Source: Nitrospirales bacterium
GTDB lineage: Bacteria; Nitrospirota; Nitrospiria; Nitrospirales; UBA8639
Assembly: GCA_965223295.1 (NCBI GenBank)
Contig: CBDCWC010000003.1
Span: 1,856,001-1,920,000 of the forward strand
Reading direction: 5' to 3'
Length of the DNA: 64,000 bases
In this document: piece by piece, positions 33,138 to 44,298 of the stretch
Position numbering within the stretch: position 1 is the first letter of the stretch
Layout: each line of letters starts with the position of its first letter
Made by a program: the position numbers and the translations under genes
Notes under the pieces: model-generated
Database searches by the model: none
Seen by the model: the letters and a program-made list of their open reading frames with translations, nothing else
Told to the model about the DNA's origin: nothing

Positions 33138-33323
33138 GTGTCAAGGTTAGCACTAAAGAATAAAGCAAAACGGGAGCCTAAATTTCCTTGCCGTCAATAT
33201 AATCGATGCCCCTGTTGTGGGCGTGTCAGGGGATTCTTGCGGAGATTCCGTATGTGTCGTATCTGTTTCCGTTTTCTGAGTTTGCGCGGCGATATCCCTG
33301 GTGTGACCAAATCAAGTTGGTAA
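33138..33323 (+). CDS. rpsZ: 30S ribosomal protein S14 type Z
   Basis: 61 aa; RCPCCGR...[12 protein letters not shown]. Confidence 0.95.
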   Translation: MSRLALKNKAKREPKFPCRQYNRCPCCGRVRGFLRRFRMCRICFRFLSLRGDIPGVTKSSW

Positions 33324-33378
33324 GGCGAAAGACTAATTTTTTTGATGTGAGAAGTGTTTTCAAGCGAGGCGTTGAATC

Positions 33379-33783
33379 ATGTCGATGACTGATCCGATTT
33401 CAGATTTATTTGTCCGCATTCAAAATGCCGGACGGCGTGGCCATGAATTGGTCAAGATCCCTGCCTCGAGGGTGAAGGGAGAAATCCTCCGAATTTTGAA
33501 AGATGAAGGATTCATTCGAGATTATGAGTCTATCAGCACGGAAGCTCATCCAACACTACTGGTGTCATTGCGCTACTTTCCAGGTCGTCAAAAACAGTCC
33601 TTTATTACAGGCATGAAGCGAATAAGCAAGCCCGGTTGTCGAGTGTTTGCTGGGAAGAATGAAATACCAAGAGTGATGAAAGGTTTGGGTGTGGCTATAC
33701 TCACCACTGATCGCGGGCTATTAACAGATGAGCAATGTCGCACGATGAAAGTTGGTGGTGAAATTGTCTGCCATGTCTGGTAA
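33379..33783 (+). CDS. rpsH: 30S ribosomal protein S8
   Basis: TDPISD, RISKPG, VGGE. Confidence 0.97.
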   Translation: MSMTDPISDLFVRIQNAGRRGHELVKIPASRVKGEILRILKDEGFIRDYESISTEAHPTLLVSLRYFPGRQKQSFITGMKRISKPGCRVFAGKNEIPRVMKGLGVAILTTDRGLLTDEQCRTMKVGGEIVCHVW

Positions 33784-33833
33784 ATCATGTGCCTTCATAA
33801 TCATTCTTTTTATGGGAAGTAAATAGGATTACA

Positions 33834-34373
33834 ATGTCGAGAATTGGAAGAAAGCCGATACCAATCCCATCTGGAGTAGAAGTGAAGGTGAATAATGCCC
33901 AAGTGATAGTGAAGGGCCCGCTCGGCCAACTCGAATGGTCGTTAGCTCCTGGAATTCAAGCTCAGGTTGAAAATGATGTGGTCTCTGTATCCCGCGAAGG
34001 GGATTCGGTGAAGCTGAAAGCTATGCATGGTTTAACCAGAGCAGAAATCGCCAATCTTATTGCTGGGGTGAAGGAAGGGTATAAGAGGGACCTGGAAGTG
34101 ATGGGAGTTGGATATCGCGCGCAGGTTCAGGGTGATTCGTTGAGTTTTACTTTGGGGTATGCCCATCCAGTTTCCTTAAAGTTGCCTAAGGGGGTTGACG
34201 CGTCTGTTGATAAGCAAACGCTGATTTCGCTTAAAGGAATCGATAAGCGCGCGGTATCACAGATTGCTGCGCAAATTAGAGAGTTGAAAATTCCAGATGT
34301 GTATAAGCATAAAGGTATTAAATATGACGGTGAAGTTTTATTGAAGAAGGCTGGCAAGGCTGGGAAGAAATAG
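33834..34373 (+). CDS. rplF: 50S ribosomal protein L6
   Basis: MSRIGRKP, PDVYKHKGIKY. Confidence 0.97.
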   Translation: MSRIGRKPIPIPSGVEVKVNNAQVIVKGPLGQLEWSLAPGIQAQVENDVVSVSREGDSVKLKAMHGLTRAEIANLIAGVKEGYKRDLEVMGVGYRAQVQGDSLSFTLGYAHPVSLKLPKGVDASVDKQTLISLKGIDKRAVSQIAAQIRELKIPDVYKHKGIKYDGEVLLKKAGKAGKK

Positions 34374-34382
34374 GGTGCAGTT

Positions 34383-34748
34383 GTGAATATTTTGGAAAAA
34401 CGTAAGAAACTTGGGAAACGAAGCCGTCGGGTTCGCCTTCGTATTGTGGGTTTGTCGACGCGCCCGAGATTGAGTGTGTTTCGAAGTAATTCTCATATCT
34501 ATGCTCAGATCATTGACGATGTGGATGGAAAAACCATTGTTTCTGCTTCATCCTGTGACCCTGGATTGAAAGATCGTATCAAGTCAGGAGGAAACGTTGA
34601 AGCGGCAAAGATCGTTGGTGAAACAATTGCGGAGCGTGCGAAAGCCATACCAGTAGAGTTGGTTGTGTTTGATCGTGGTGGAAGGTTGTATCACGGCAGG
34701 GTTAAGGCTTTGGCTGAGGCGGCTCGGTCGGCTGGCTTAAAATTCTAA
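34383..34748 (+). CDS. rplR: 50S ribosomal protein L18
   Basis: [20 protein letters not shown]. Confidence 0.97.
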   Translation: MNILEKRKKLGKRSRRVRLRIVGLSTRPRLSVFRSNSHIYAQIIDDVDGKTIVSASSCDPGLKDRIKSGGNVEAAKIVGETIAERAKAIPVELVVFDRGGRLYHGRVKALAEAARSAGLKF

Positions 34749-34792
34749 TGGGCTTGTTCTCAAAAATTTGAGGAAGGGAAGGATTCACGCCT

Positions 34793-35287
34793 GTGAGGGT
34801 CAATGTTGAAGAGCTTAATTTGAAAGATAAGCCAGTGGTGATTAATCGCGTGGCGAAAGTCGTCAAAGGCGGGAAGCGATTTTCTTTCTCGGCCCTCGTT
34901 GTCGTTGGTGACGGAGAAGGGTGGGTGGGTGTTGGAAAAGGCAAGGCAGCCGAAGTCCCATCAGCGATTGCAAAAGCTGTGGAACATGCAAAAAAAAATC
35001 TCATACGCATTCCTTTGAAATCTAATTCAATCCCTCATGAAGTGCATGGATACTTTGGAGGAGAACATATCTTACTGAAGCCTGCCAAGCAGGGGACTGG
35101 AATTATTGCTGGTGGGGCTGTGAGGTCACTGTTAGAGGTTGCAGGGACACAGAATGTTGTGGCCAAGACTTTGGGACGTGGCAATCCATTTAATGCCGTA
35201 CGTGCTACGATTCAAGGTCTCCGGCAGCTCAGAGATCCTCAGGAAGTGCGGGCTATGAGGCAAGCTCCTATCAATGCTGATGAATAA
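34793..35287 (+). CDS. rpsE: 30S ribosomal protein S5
   Basis: RVAKVVKGGKRFSF, GTGIIAGG. Confidence 0.97.
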   Translation: MRVNVEELNLKDKPVVINRVAKVVKGGKRFSFSALVVVGDGEGWVGVGKGKAAEVPSAIAKAVEHAKKNLIRIPLKSNSIPHEVHGYFGGEHILLKPAKQGTGIIAGGAVRSLLEVAGTQNVVAKTLGRGNPFNAVRATIQGLRQLRDPQEVRAMRQAPINADE

Positions 35288-35327
35288 ATTTATTGCTCTC
35301 TAGGCGTGAGGTAAACGAGATAATACT

Positions 35328-35516
35328 ATGGCCGCCCTATCACAACTATCAATTATGTTAAAGCGAAGCCCTATCGGGCATCCTCAAAAAGTACGCCTTT
35401 TTTTGAAGGGATTGGGTTTGCGAAAGATTGGGCAGAGGGTCATTCGCCCCGATACGGACCAAGTTCGAGGTTTGGTCACAAAGGTTCGGCATATGGTTGA
35501 GGTTTCAAACACATGA
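35328..35516 (+). CDS. rpmD: 50S ribosomal protein L30
   Basis: RSPIG, LGLRK; position. Confidence 0.93.
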   Translation: MAALSQLSIMLKRSPIGHPQKVRLFLKGLGLRKIGQRVIRPDTDQVRGLVTKVRHMVEVSNT

Positions 35517-35962
35517 AGCTTCATGACTTACATCCTTCGCCTGGTTCCAAAACAAAAAAGAAACGTCTGGGGCGTGGTCCGGGGTCCGGGCGTGGAAAAA
35601 CTTCTGGCAAGGGGCATAAAGGATTGCTGGCCCGCTCTGGCCGTGCTAATCAAATTGGTTTTGAGGGAGGGCAAATGCCTTTGGCCCGCCGGTTGCCGAA
35701 GCGGGGATTTACCAATACGTTTCGAATTGATTATACGGTTGTTAATATTCAAACCCTTTCGGCTTACGAAAAAGTCACTGATTTTACGACAACTGTCTTG
35801 AGGGAATTAGGTCTTTTGAAGGGAAGAAATACGCGAGTCAAGATTCTTGGTGAAGGTGATATAGCCAGACCTATTGTGGTCGAAGCCCATAAATTTAGTG
35901 AATCTGCCATTCAGAAAATTGAAAAGGTCGGTGGGCAAGCCAAGGTGATTGGCCGTGCTTGA
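35513..35962 (+). CDS. rplO: 50S ribosomal protein L15
   Basis: [21 protein letters not shown]. Confidence 0.97.
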   Translation: MKLHDLHPSPGSKTKKKRLGRGPGSGRGKTSGKGHKGLLARSGRANQIGFEGGQMPLARRLPKRGFTNTFRIDYTVVNIQTLSAYEKVTDFTTTVLRELGLLKGRNTRVKILGEGDIARPIVVEAHKFSESAIQKIEKVGGQAKVIGRA

Positions 35963-37268
35963 ACGGCTTGCGACAAGCCTTCAAAATATTTTTAAAATTC
36001 CCGAGTTGCGCAGCCGGGTACTGTTTACCTTGGCTATGTTGGCGGTCTACAGGGTTGGGGCCCATATCCCTACTCCTGGGATCAATAACGAAGAGCTTTT
36101 TAAATTTTTGACAGAACGTGGGGGAGCCCTCATGGGCTTCCTGGATATTTTTTCTGGAGGGGCATTATCACGGCTGACGATTTTTGCGCTGGGCATCATG
36201 CCCTATATCAGTGCTTCTATTATCTTGCAACTGCTGACGGTTGTTGTCCCGCATTTATCGAAATTAGCAAAGGAAGGTGAACGAGGCAGAAAGACCATCA
36301 TCCAATATACTCGTTATGGAACGATTGTCATTGCCTTTATCCAGGGTTTCGGTATTGCCCTTGGCCTTGAAGGCATGAACGAAGGAGCGTTCGTTCTGGA
36401 ACACGGGTGGGGTTTCCGGTTCATGACTGTCATTACCTTAGTGGCTGGGACGGCCTTCCTCATGTGGTTAGGGGAACAAATTACCGAACGAGGTGTTGGT
36501 AATGGAATTTCGCTGATTATTTTTTCAGGCATCGTCGCCAGCCTTCCCAGTGCTATTGTCCAAACGTTTGAATTATATAAAGTTGGACAAATTAGCCTGC
36601 TACTCTTAATTGTTCTTGGGGTGGTCATGCTGGCCGTCATGGCGGCCATAGTCTTTTTAGAAAGCGGTCGGCGGAAAATTGCGGTGCAGTATGCCAAACG
36701 GGTGGTTGGGCGTCGTGTGTATGGAGGACAAAATACCCATATTCCTTTAAAAATTAACACAGCCGGGGTCATTCCCCCTATTTTTGCTTCTTCAATTATT
36801 GCGTTTCCGGCAACCATTACAAGTTTTATTCAGGTGCCGTGGGTGCAGTCATTTGGAGCACAATTAGCCCCAGGTTCGTTGCTGTATACGATGATGTATG
36901 TCGGGCTGATTATTTTCTTTTGTTTCTTTTACACGGCTGTAGTGTTAAATCCCGTCGATATGGCTGACAACATGAAGAAATATGGCGGCTTCATTCCTGG
37001 CATTCGGCCAGGGCAGAAGACGGCTGATTTTATTTATAAGGTGTTAACCAGAATTACGTTTGCCGGAGCGATCTATCTGGCGATTGTGTGCGTCATACCG
37101 GAATTGTTGATCTATAAATTGAATATGCCGTTTTACTTTGGTGGAACGTCGTTATTGATTGTAATTGGGGTAGGCCTGGATACGGCTCAGCAAATTGAGA
37201 ATCATATGCTAATGCGTAACTATGATGGATTTCTTGGCAAAGGCCCGTTAAAAGGAAGAAGTGGCTAG
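35955..37268 (+). CDS. secY: Preprotein translocase SecY
   Basis: FALGIMPYISASII, GNGISL, IPGIRPG, GGTSLLI; GTG start chosen behind AAGGTG. Confidence 0.97.
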   Translation: MLERLATSLQNIFKIPELRSRVLFTLAMLAVYRVGAHIPTPGINNEELFKFLTERGGALMGFLDIFSGGALSRLTIFALGIMPYISASIILQLLTVVVPHLSKLAKEGERGRKTIIQYTRYGTIVIAFIQGFGIALGLEGMNEGAFVLEHGWGFRFMTVITLVAGTAFLMWLGEQITERGVGNGISLIIFSGIVASLPSAIVQTFELYKVGQISLLLLIVLGVVMLAVMAAIVFLESGRRKIAVQYAKRVVGRRVYGGQNTHIPLKINTAGVIPPIFASSIIAFPATITSFIQVPWVQSFGAQLAPGSLLYTMMYVGLIIFFCFFYTAVVLNPVDMADNMKKYGGFIPGIRPGQKTADFIYKVLTRITFAGAIYLAIVCVIPELLIYKLNMPFYFGGTSLLIVIGVGLDTAQQIENHMLMRNYDGFLGKGPLKGRSG

Positions 37269-37271
37269 CGT

Positions 37272-37928
37272 ATGAGGGTCATTTTTCTTGGGCCTCCTGG
37301 AGTGGGTAAAGGCACACAGGCCGACTTTATTGCGCAAAAGTACGAGATATCGAAGTTGTCGACCGGGGATTTACTTCGAGAAAGTGTGGCTAAGGGAACT
37401 GCATTAGGCCAAGAAGCCAAAGGTTTTATGACTCGAGGTGAATTGGTGCCAGATGCTGTTGTTATTGGTTTGGTTGAGCAAAAGCTTAGCTCCAAAGAAT
37501 GTGAAAATGGATTTCTTCTTGATGGATTTCCTCGGACTGTGGCGCAGGCTGATCAGCTGTCCTCTTTTTTATCTTCGTCGGGAAAGGACCTCGATCGCGT
37601 AGTGTATTTTTCCCTGTCTCAGGATGAGATTGTACGCCGAATTAGCGGGCGACGGAGTTGTCCGGAATGTAAAGCGGTGTATCACCTTGAATCTGTCCCG
37701 CCAAAACAGGATGGGGTGTGTGATGTCTGCGGAACGTCTTTGGTGCAACGCAATGATGATAAACCCGAAACTATTGAATCACGCTTGGCGGTCTATCAAG
37801 AGCAAACGGCTCCCTTGATTGAGTATTACAAGAAACAACATGTTCTGAGTGAATTGGATGGTGCAGGTTTGGTGGCCGATGTGCAAAAACGGCTAGTGGC
37901 TCTTTTGGCACAGCCAAGAGTAGAATGA
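37272..37928 (+). CDS. adk: Adenylate kinase (Zn-lid type)
   Basis: GPPGVGKGTQ, LDGFPR, CPEC...CDVC. Confidence 0.97.
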   Translation: MRVIFLGPPGVGKGTQADFIAQKYEISKLSTGDLLRESVAKGTALGQEAKGFMTRGELVPDAVVIGLVEQKLSSKECENGFLLDGFPRTVAQADQLSSFLSSSGKDLDRVVYFSLSQDEIVRRISGRRSCPECKAVYHLESVPPKQDGVCDVCGTSLVQRNDDKPETIESRLAVYQEQTAPLIEYYKKQHVLSELDGAGLVADVQKRLVALLAQPRVE

Positions 37929-38677
37929 TTATTCTTAAAACGCTTGAAGAAATTGAACTAATTGCTCAAGCCAGTAAAATTGTTGCTGAATGTCATAAAG
38001 TTTTGATCCAAGAAGTAAAGCCAGGAATGACCACATTGGATTTAGATGCCTTAACAGAAACATGTATTCGTGATTTTGGCGCAACACCCGCGTTTAAAGG
38101 CTATCGAAACTATCCAAAGACTTTGTGTGCCTCGGTAAATGAGCAGGTTGTCCATGGTATACCGTCGAAGCGGGTTCTGAAGGATGGCGATATTATTGGC
38201 TTGGATGTTGGGGCTATTGTTGAAGGATTTTATGGCGATGGGGCGGTGACGGTATCAGTTGGAGAAGTTCAACCTCCCATTCGCCAATTAATCCAAGTCA
38301 CGCAAGAGTCGTTGTCAAAAGGATTAGAACAAGCAAGGGTGGGAAAGCGACTGTCTGATATTTCTGCAGCCATACAGGCGCATGTTGAGCGACATGGGTT
38401 TTCGGTTGTGCGTGACTTTGTTGGGCATGGGATAGGCCGTCAGTTGCATGAAGAGCCGCAAGTGCCCAATTATGGAAAGCCCGGGCAAGGTCCTCGGTTG
38501 AAAGCCGGTATGGCTCTGGCTATTGAGCCGATGGTGAACATGGGAGAGGCTGGAGTGAAAGTTTTGAATGATGGGTGGACTGCTGTGACGAGTGATGGGT
38601 CACTTTCAGCCCATTTCGAGCACACGATTGCAATTGAGCCGTCAGGGCCTCCACGGGTTCTGACCGCGTCTGCCTAA
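37925..38677 (+). CDS. map: Methionine aminopeptidase type I
   Basis: VVHGIP, GHGIG..LHEEP, IEPM, SAHFEHT. Confidence 0.97.
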   Translation: MIILKTLEEIELIAQASKIVAECHKVLIQEVKPGMTTLDLDALTETCIRDFGATPAFKGYRNYPKTLCASVNEQVVHGIPSKRVLKDGDIIGLDVGAIVEGFYGDGAVTVSVGEVQPPIRQLIQVTQESLSKGLEQARVGKRLSDISAAIQAHVERHGFSVVRDFVGHGIGRQLHEEPQVPNYGKPGQGPRLKAGMALAIEPMVNMGEAGVKVLNDGWTAVTSDGSLSAHFEHTIAIEPSGPPRVLTASA

Positions 38678-38700
38678 AAGGGGCAAGAGGTGCCAGTCTG

Positions 38701-38919
38701 ATGGGTAAAGAAGATATCATTGAAGTGCAGGGATCAGTCACGGAAACGTTACCGAATGCCATGTTTCGTGTGCAACTTGAGAATGGGCATAAACTGTTAG
38801 CTCATATTTCAGGTAAAATGCGTATGCATTTTATTCGTATTTTGCCTGGAGATAAGGTCACCGTAGAAATGTCTCCCTATGATCTGACACGTGGGCGGAT
38901 TACGTATCGTTTTAAATAG
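38701..38919 (+). CDS. infA: Translation initiation factor IF-1
   Basis: [24 protein letters not shown]. Confidence 0.98.
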   Translation: MGKEDIIEVQGSVTETLPNAMFRVQLENGHKLLAHISGKMRMHFIRILPGDKVTVEMSPYDLTRGRITYRFK

Positions 38920-38930
38920 AAGGTGATGTC

Positions 38931-39044
38931 GTGAAAGTGAAGTCATCAGTGAAGCCGATTTGTGCTAAATGCAGTGTGATCCGGCGAAAAGGTGTTGTCC
39001 GGGTACTCTGTTCTAATCCTCGGCATAAACAGCGCCAAGGTTGA
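38931..39044 (+). CDS. rpmJ: 50S ribosomal protein L36
   Basis: Hand translation [37 protein letters not shown]. Confidence 0.95.
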   Translation: MKVKSSVKPICAKCSVIRRKGVVRVLCSNPRHKQRQG

Positions 39045-39101
39045 GAAGCCCTTTTAGGCAAAGACAATTAAAGACATGCCTTTAACAAAGGATTAAGAAT
39101 C

Positions 39102-39473
39102 ATGGCTCGTATTGCAGGTGTAGAACTTCCAGTTGGGAAGCGCGTTGACGTGGGTTTGACCTATATTTTTGGCATTGGTCCGGCTCGAGCTGCCGAAATT
39201 TTACGGAAAACAGGTGTGGCGTTTGATACCAGGATCAAAGATCTCCAGGAAGATGAAATTGTAAAGTTACGCGAAGCCATCGATCAAGATCACGAGGTCG
39301 AAGGGGATCTTCGCAAAGAAGTTTCGATGAGCATTAAACGACTAATGGACATCGGAACGTATCGTGGGCTTCGACATCGGAAGGGACTTCCAGCTAGGGG
39401 ACAACGGACGAAGACCAATGCTCGGACAAGAAAAGGCCGTCGAGGAGCTATTGGTGGAAAGACGAAACGCTAA
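39102..39473 (+). CDS. rpsM: 30S ribosomal protein S13
   Basis: [21 protein letters not shown]. Confidence 0.97.
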   Translation: MARIAGVELPVGKRVDVGLTYIFGIGPARAAEILRKTGVAFDTRIKDLQEDEIVKLREAIDQDHEVEGDLRKEVSMSIKRLMDIGTYRGLRHRKGLPARGQRTKTNARTRKGRRGAIGGKTKR

Positions 39474-39495
39474 AGCCGGGTGAAAGGGATAGTTC

Positions 39496-39879
39496 ATGAG
39501 TGTGAAAAAGGGGAAAAAAAGAGAACGAAAAGTTGTGCAAGTTGGTATTGTTCACATTATGGCATCGTTTAATAACACCATTGTGACGATTACGGATATG
39601 TCCGGAGGGGCTGTCTCTTGGGCAAGTGCTGGGAGTCAGGGATTTAAGGGGTCAAGAAAAAGTACTCCGTTTGCGGCAACTCGCGCTGGAGAAGTTGCTG
39701 CCAAAAAAGCCATGGAATTTGGGCTTCGTCAAGTTGATGTGTATGTCAATGGTCCAGGTTCCGGACGCGAGGCAGCCGTCCGTGCCTTGCAGTCTGTTGG
39801 CTTACGTGTGAATTTAATACGAGATGTGACACCGATTCCTCATAATGGCTGTCGGCCTCCAAAGCGGCGACGAGTCTAG
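39496..39879 (+). CDS. rpsK: 30S ribosomal protein S11
   Basis: [25 protein letters not shown]. Confidence 0.98.
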   Translation: MSVKKGKKRERKVVQVGIVHIMASFNNTIVTITDMSGGAVSWASAGSQGFKGSRKSTPFAATRAGEVAAKKAMEFGLRQVDVYVNGPGSGREAAVRALQSVGLRVNLIRDVTPIPHNGCRPPKRRRV

Positions 39880-39945
39880 ACCATTCAGCAATGATACATA
39901 CAGCAAGTCAATTATCTAGGATTTTGAGATAGGGGGAGAACGGGT

Positions 39946-40575
39946 ATGGCCAAATATACTGGGCCTGTCTGTCGGTTATGTCGACGTGAAGGTGTCAAGT
40001 TATTTCTCAAAGGCATTAGGTGTATGTCTGAAAAGTGCGCGATTGAGCGTCGGAGTTACCCACCTGGCCAGCATGGGCAATCCCGGAGAACTCGAGCGAC
40101 CGAGTATGGAACACAGCTGAGAGAAAAGCAAAAGCTTCGACGCGTGTATGGTATGCAAGAGCGTCAATTTCTGAAAACCTATCATCTGGCTGTCCGTCGA
40201 AAAGGTGTCACAGGCGAACATTTGTTAAGCCTTCTTGAGCGACGTCTTGACAACGTGGTGTATCGTCTTGGTTTTGCGGCCTCTCGTGGACAAGCACGGC
40301 AGCTGGTCAATCATGGCCATTTGTTGGTGAATGGGCGAAAAGTCACGATTCCTTCCATGACCATGAATGTTGGTGATTTAGTGGAAGTGCGAGAGAAAAG
40401 TCGTCAGCTGGTTCCTGTCCAAGCTGCTCTTGAGGTGGCTGAGGGGCGAGGGGTTCCTAACTGGTTGGACGTGGAACGCAATGTGTTAAAAGGGACCATC
40501 CAAGCTCTACCCACGAAGGAAGACATTGATGTGTTGGTGAATGAACAAGTCGTGGTGGAGTTGTATTCACGCTAA
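39946..40575 (+). CDS. rpsD: 30S ribosomal protein S4
   Basis: [25 protein letters not shown]. Confidence 0.97.
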   Translation: MAKYTGPVCRLCRREGVKLFLKGIRCMSEKCAIERRSYPPGQHGQSRRTRATEYGTQLREKQKLRRVYGMQERQFLKTYHLAVRRKGVTGEHLLSLLERRLDNVVYRLGFAASRGQARQLVNHGHLLVNGRKVTIPSMTMNVGDLVEVREKSRQLVPVQAALEVAEGRGVPNWLDVERNVLKGTIQALPTKEDIDVLVNEQVVVELYSR

Positions 40576-40671
40576 ATGAATGGAATAGTTTATGAGCAGC
40601 GATAATGATACAGAGGCATCGGGCCAGGCAATGTCCCAGCATTGGGATCAAGAAAGGGAGACGCGGTCCTT

Positions 40672-41658
40672 ATGATTAAAAGCATGAAGGATTTCCAACT
40701 ACCCACGAAGCTGGAATTGGAAAAAGATACGGCTTCGTCCACGTATGGCAAATTCATTGCTGAACCCTTTGAGCGGGGGTTTGGGACGACAATCGGGAAT
40801 GCGCTTCGCCGGGTGCTACTTTCATCGCTTCCTGGCGCAGCCGTGACTTCAGTAAAGATTGAGGGAGTGTTCCATGAATTTTCCACAATTCCGGGTGTGA
40901 CGGAGGATGTCACGATCCTGATTCTCAATATTAAGGGATTGCGGTTACGGTTATATTCTGAAAAGGCCAAGGCGATACGCATGAAAAAGAAAGGTCCTGG
41001 AGAAGTGAAGGCTGGGGACCTTGCGGTAGACTCGGAAGTCACCATTTTAAATCCTGATCTGCATATTGCGACCTTGGATAAAGATGGGGTGTTGGACATG
41101 GAGCTGATCGTGAAGCCTGGGCGCGGGTATGTTCCGGCTGAACGTAACAAAGAAGAGGGGCTTCCTATTGGAGTCATTCCGGTGGATTCAGTGTTTTCTC
41201 CTATTAAACGTGTGAATTTTAGTGTCGAGAGTGCGCGTGTGGGCCGAATAACGGATTATGACAAGTTACTTCTTGAAGTATGGACGGATGATAGTATTAG
41301 CCCACAAGAAGCGGTCACGGCAGCTGGAAGTATTTTGCGAGATCATTTAGATATTTGTCTTCCAGCAGAGGATTCTGGGGAACCAGTTCAAGAAGATAGT
41401 AGCGAGGAGGCCAAGTCTCAAGTCAATCAACACTTGTTCCGGAGTGTCAATGAGTTGGAGCTCTCGGTTCGTGCAGCTAATTGTCTGAAAAACGCTAACA
41501 TTAAAAGTATCGGAGAGTTGGTGCAACGAAGTGAAAATGAGATGCTCAAAACCAAGAATTTTGGGAAAAAGTCTCTAAATGAGATCAAAGAGGTACTGGC
41601 AGAAATGGGGTTGGAATTAGGTACGAAAGTGAATGAAATCGTGGAATCCCAATCCTGA
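40672..41658 (+). CDS. rpoA: RNA polymerase alpha
   Basis: [37 protein letters not shown] behind AGGGAG. Confidence 0.97.
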   Translation: MIKSMKDFQLPTKLELEKDTASSTYGKFIAEPFERGFGTTIGNALRRVLLSSLPGAAVTSVKIEGVFHEFSTIPGVTEDVTILILNIKGLRLRLYSEKAKAIRMKKKGPGEVKAGDLAVDSEVTILNPDLHIATLDKDGVLDMELIVKPGRGYVPAERNKEEGLPIGVIPVDSVFSPIKRVNFSVESARVGRITDYDKLLLEVWTDDSISPQEAVTAAGSILRDHLDICLPAEDSGEPVQEDSSEEAKSQVNQHLFRSVNELELSVRAANCLKNANIKSIGELVQRSENEMLKTKNFGKKSLNEIKEVLAEMGLELGTKVNEIVESQS

Positions 41659-41681
41659 AATTTGCAAAGGATGGTGGTGTC

Positions 41682-42083
41682 GTGCGTCATAGAAAACGTG
41701 GAAGACAATTAGGACGTAATACAAAGCATCGCCTAGCGGTGTTTCGAAATTTGGCGACCTCACTGGTCGAGCATGAGCGAATTGAAACAACAGAAGCGAA
41801 AGCCAAAGAATTGCGTGGAATCACAGACCGGCTGATTACACTTGGCAAACAGGGCACGCTCCATGCTCGGCGAGGTGCGTTGCGAGTATTGCGAACGAAA
41901 GATGCCGTTTCAAAGCTCTTTGATGATGTGGCTAAACGGTTTCCAGATCGTCATGGAGGTTATACCCGCATCATCAAGACCAGGCAACGTCCTGGAGATG
42001 CGGCAAAGTTAGTGGCTATTGAATTGGTCGAATCTGGTGGCGAATCTCAGTCGTCATCTGTGACAACAGAGTCTCAAGAGTAG
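41682..42083 (+). CDS. rplQ: 50S ribosomal protein L17
   Basis: [19 protein letters not shown]. Confidence 0.97.
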   Translation: MRHRKRGRQLGRNTKHRLAVFRNLATSLVEHERIETTEAKAKELRGITDRLITLGKQGTLHARRGALRVLRTKDAVSKLFDDVAKRFPDRHGGYTRIIKTRQRPGDAAKLVAIELVESGGESQSSSVTTESQE

Positions 42084-42263
42084 AACAGATTAGTATATTA
42101 CGTTCTATTTTTCATCTCTCAGATATTCCTTCTCCTCTCGCGGTCGCTCGTCGTCTTTGTGCTAACCGGCTGAGTCGCTCATTTACTTGCTAAAGGCCCT
42201 GTGCTAACATTTTTACTGGGTTTTTTTGCTCTGGTCTTTTCATTTTCTTGAGACTGAGCCACG

Positions 42264-42842
42264 ATGAAAACCTATATTGTACGAATTGTGCTCACAATGA
42301 TCATCATTGTGATGGCCGTGTTTATTGGACTTAGAGTCTTTACTCACATGCAAACAAGGAGCCAGGCAACAGCTTCAGTGCCTTTGCAGGAGCAGCAGGG
42401 AGCAGATGCCTGGATCCAAGGATTTTCCTATCGCCAAACTCGATCGGGTACTACGAAATGGGTTGTCACGGCTGACCAGGCCCAAGTCTTCGAAAAAGAA
42501 CATACCGCCAAATTGCAAACTGTGAGAGTTCAATTATTTGATAAGGCCTTTCAAAAAGAGCTGCTACTGATTACATCTCAAGAAGGTGTCATGAACACAT
42601 CGAATAATGATTTTGATTTGATCAGCCAAGATGAAAAAACGGTGATGACCTTTGAGTCGGGATACCAAGTGTTTTCAGATAGGCTGACGTGGAAGGAAGC
42701 TGAGGGTCAAATAGAAACGGAAGATCCCGTTGTGATCAAAGGAAATGGGCTAGTGCTTAGTGGAACTGGGCTTATTGGATATGCTGAGACAAACGAATTT
42801 CGATTGCTCAGCAACGTTCGTGCGGAGGTATCTTCGCCATAA
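42264..42842 (+). CDS. lptC: LPS export protein LptC
   Basis: Single N-terminal TM and beta-rich domain; lptCAB-rpoN synteny. Confidence 0.75.
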   Translation: MKTYIVRIVLTMIIIVMAVFIGLRVFTHMQTRSQATASVPLQEQQGADAWIQGFSYRQTRSGTTKWVVTADQAQVFEKEHTAKLQTVRVQLFDKAFQKELLLITSQEGVMNTSNNDFDLISQDEKTVMTFESGYQVFSDRLTWKEAEGQIETEDPVVIKGNGLVLSGTGLIGYAETNEFRLLSNVRAEVSSP

Positions 42843-42856
42843 GACATTCGTTGTCA

Positions 42857-43363
42857 ATGTATATGGGTTGGGTCTTCGCTGTCGTGGGTTTTCTCCTCAC
42901 ACCTGTTCTGGGGTGGGGAGGAGGGCAACAAACGACGACGGTGATTACATCGAATAGTATGACAGCGAGTAGTGAGAAAAATCAGGCAATTTTTCGTGAA
43001 AATGTGAAGATGGTTCAGGAGGACCTCGTGGTCCTTTCCGATATGATGATCGTATATTTTGAGGACGTCAATGCATCGGCTCCAGCTTCAGCTGGTCAGC
43101 CTCCTTCTCAAGCCTCACAAAAGGAAATTCTAAATATCGAAGCCAAGGGCGATGTGAAAATTGCGAAAGGCGAAAGCCGTGCAAGATGCCAGCATGCCTT
43201 GTATAACAAGCAGGAAGAACGTCTTGTGCTTCGAGGGTCTCCGGTCGTTTGGCAAGATGGCACACGGGTAAGTGGACGAAAAATTACGATGTATTTGAAA
43301 GAAAATCGAAGTGTTGTTGAAGGGAATACCCGAGTGACCATCGAAGGAGAAGAGGCCAATTAG
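42857..43363 (+). CDS. lptA: LPS transport periplasmic protein LptA (OstA family)
   Basis: Signal peptide; AKGDVKI, LRGSPVVWQ, GRKITM; synteny. Confidence 0.8.
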   Translation: MYMGWVFAVVGFLLTPVLGWGGGQQTTTVITSNSMTASSEKNQAIFRENVKMVQEDLVVLSDMMIVYFEDVNASAPASAGQPPSQASQKEILNIEAKGDVKIAKGESRARCQHALYNKQEERLVLRGSPVVWQDGTRVSGRKITMYLKENRSVVEGNTRVTIEGEEAN

Positions 43364-43526
43364 GAAAGGTGACAAGAAATTCTTTGATTCTGCGTCTGCG
43401 TTTGAAATGGCACTTGAAGGATGAATCTGTAAAGAGTTTGATAGCAAGTTGCTGCATGTTTGTTTGTCAACCAGTGATTGAGGTTAATGTTCAGGTTCGT
43501 TCTGTTATGTAGGTGTAGTATTGTCT

Positions 43527-44276
43527 ATGGCTGAAGGTCAGCAACATGCTTCTCATAAAATTTCCGCAAAGGGTCTTCAAAAAAGTTTCAAAAGACGGCA
43601 AGTGGTTCGGGGTGTCAGTGTGGAATTATTGGGAGGAGAAGTGGTGGGCTTGCTTGGTCCAAATGGTGCCGGAAAGACTACGATCTTTGACATGGTGGTG
43701 GGGCTCTGTCAGCCTGATCAGGGAAGTATTTTTCTTAACCAAGACAATATTACTCACCTTCCCATGTATAAACGTGCCAGACGCGGGATTGGGTATCTGC
43801 CCCAGGAGGCCTCAATTTTTCGGCGACTCTCGGTTGAGGATAATGTCTTGGCCGTCCTAGAAACTCTTAACCTCTCATCAGGCCAGCGCAAGTCTCGCTT
43901 GGATGCGTTATTAGAAGAACTCAATCTCTCTAGACTCCGTACGGAGGCTTCCTATACTTTGTCTGGAGGAGAGCGGCGTCGTTTAGAGATCACTCGGGCA
44001 TTAGCCACTAATCCAAAATTTCTTCTCCTTGATGAGCCATTTGCCGGAATTGATCCCATTGCGGTCGGTGATATTCAAGACATTCTCACGAACTTGAAAA
44101 AGAAAGATATTGGTATCCTTATTACTGATCATAATGTCCAAGACACGCTTTCCATTACTGACCGAGCCTATATAATAAGTGATGGGACGATTTTGGAGAG
44201 CGGTGCGCCTGAAGTGATTGTACAGAGTCCGAAGGCTCGAGCCGTCTACCTCGGTGAGCGTTTTAAAATGTCTTGA
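43527..44276 (+). CDS. lptB: LPS export ABC ATPase LptB
   Basis: GPNGAGKTT, YLPQEASIF, LSGGERRR, DEPFAGIDP, ITDHNV. Confidence 0.95.
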   Translation: MAEGQQHASHKISAKGLQKSFKRRQVVRGVSVELLGGEVVGLLGPNGAGKTTIFDMVVGLCQPDQGSIFLNQDNITHLPMYKRARRGIGYLPQEASIFRRLSVEDNVLAVLETLNLSSGQRKSRLDALLEELNLSRLRTEASYTLSGGERRRLEITRALATNPKFLLLDEPFAGIDPIAVGDIQDILTNLKKKDIGILITDHNVQDTLSITDRAYIISDGTILESGAPEVIVQSPKARAVYLGERFKMS

Positions 44277-44298
44277 TCGTTTGAGATAATTATTCCCT

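Noticed and set aside
39884-40617. Similar CAGC...ATGATAC motifs after rpsK and after rpsD
   Set aside because: Too short and no shared structure to call a regulatory element
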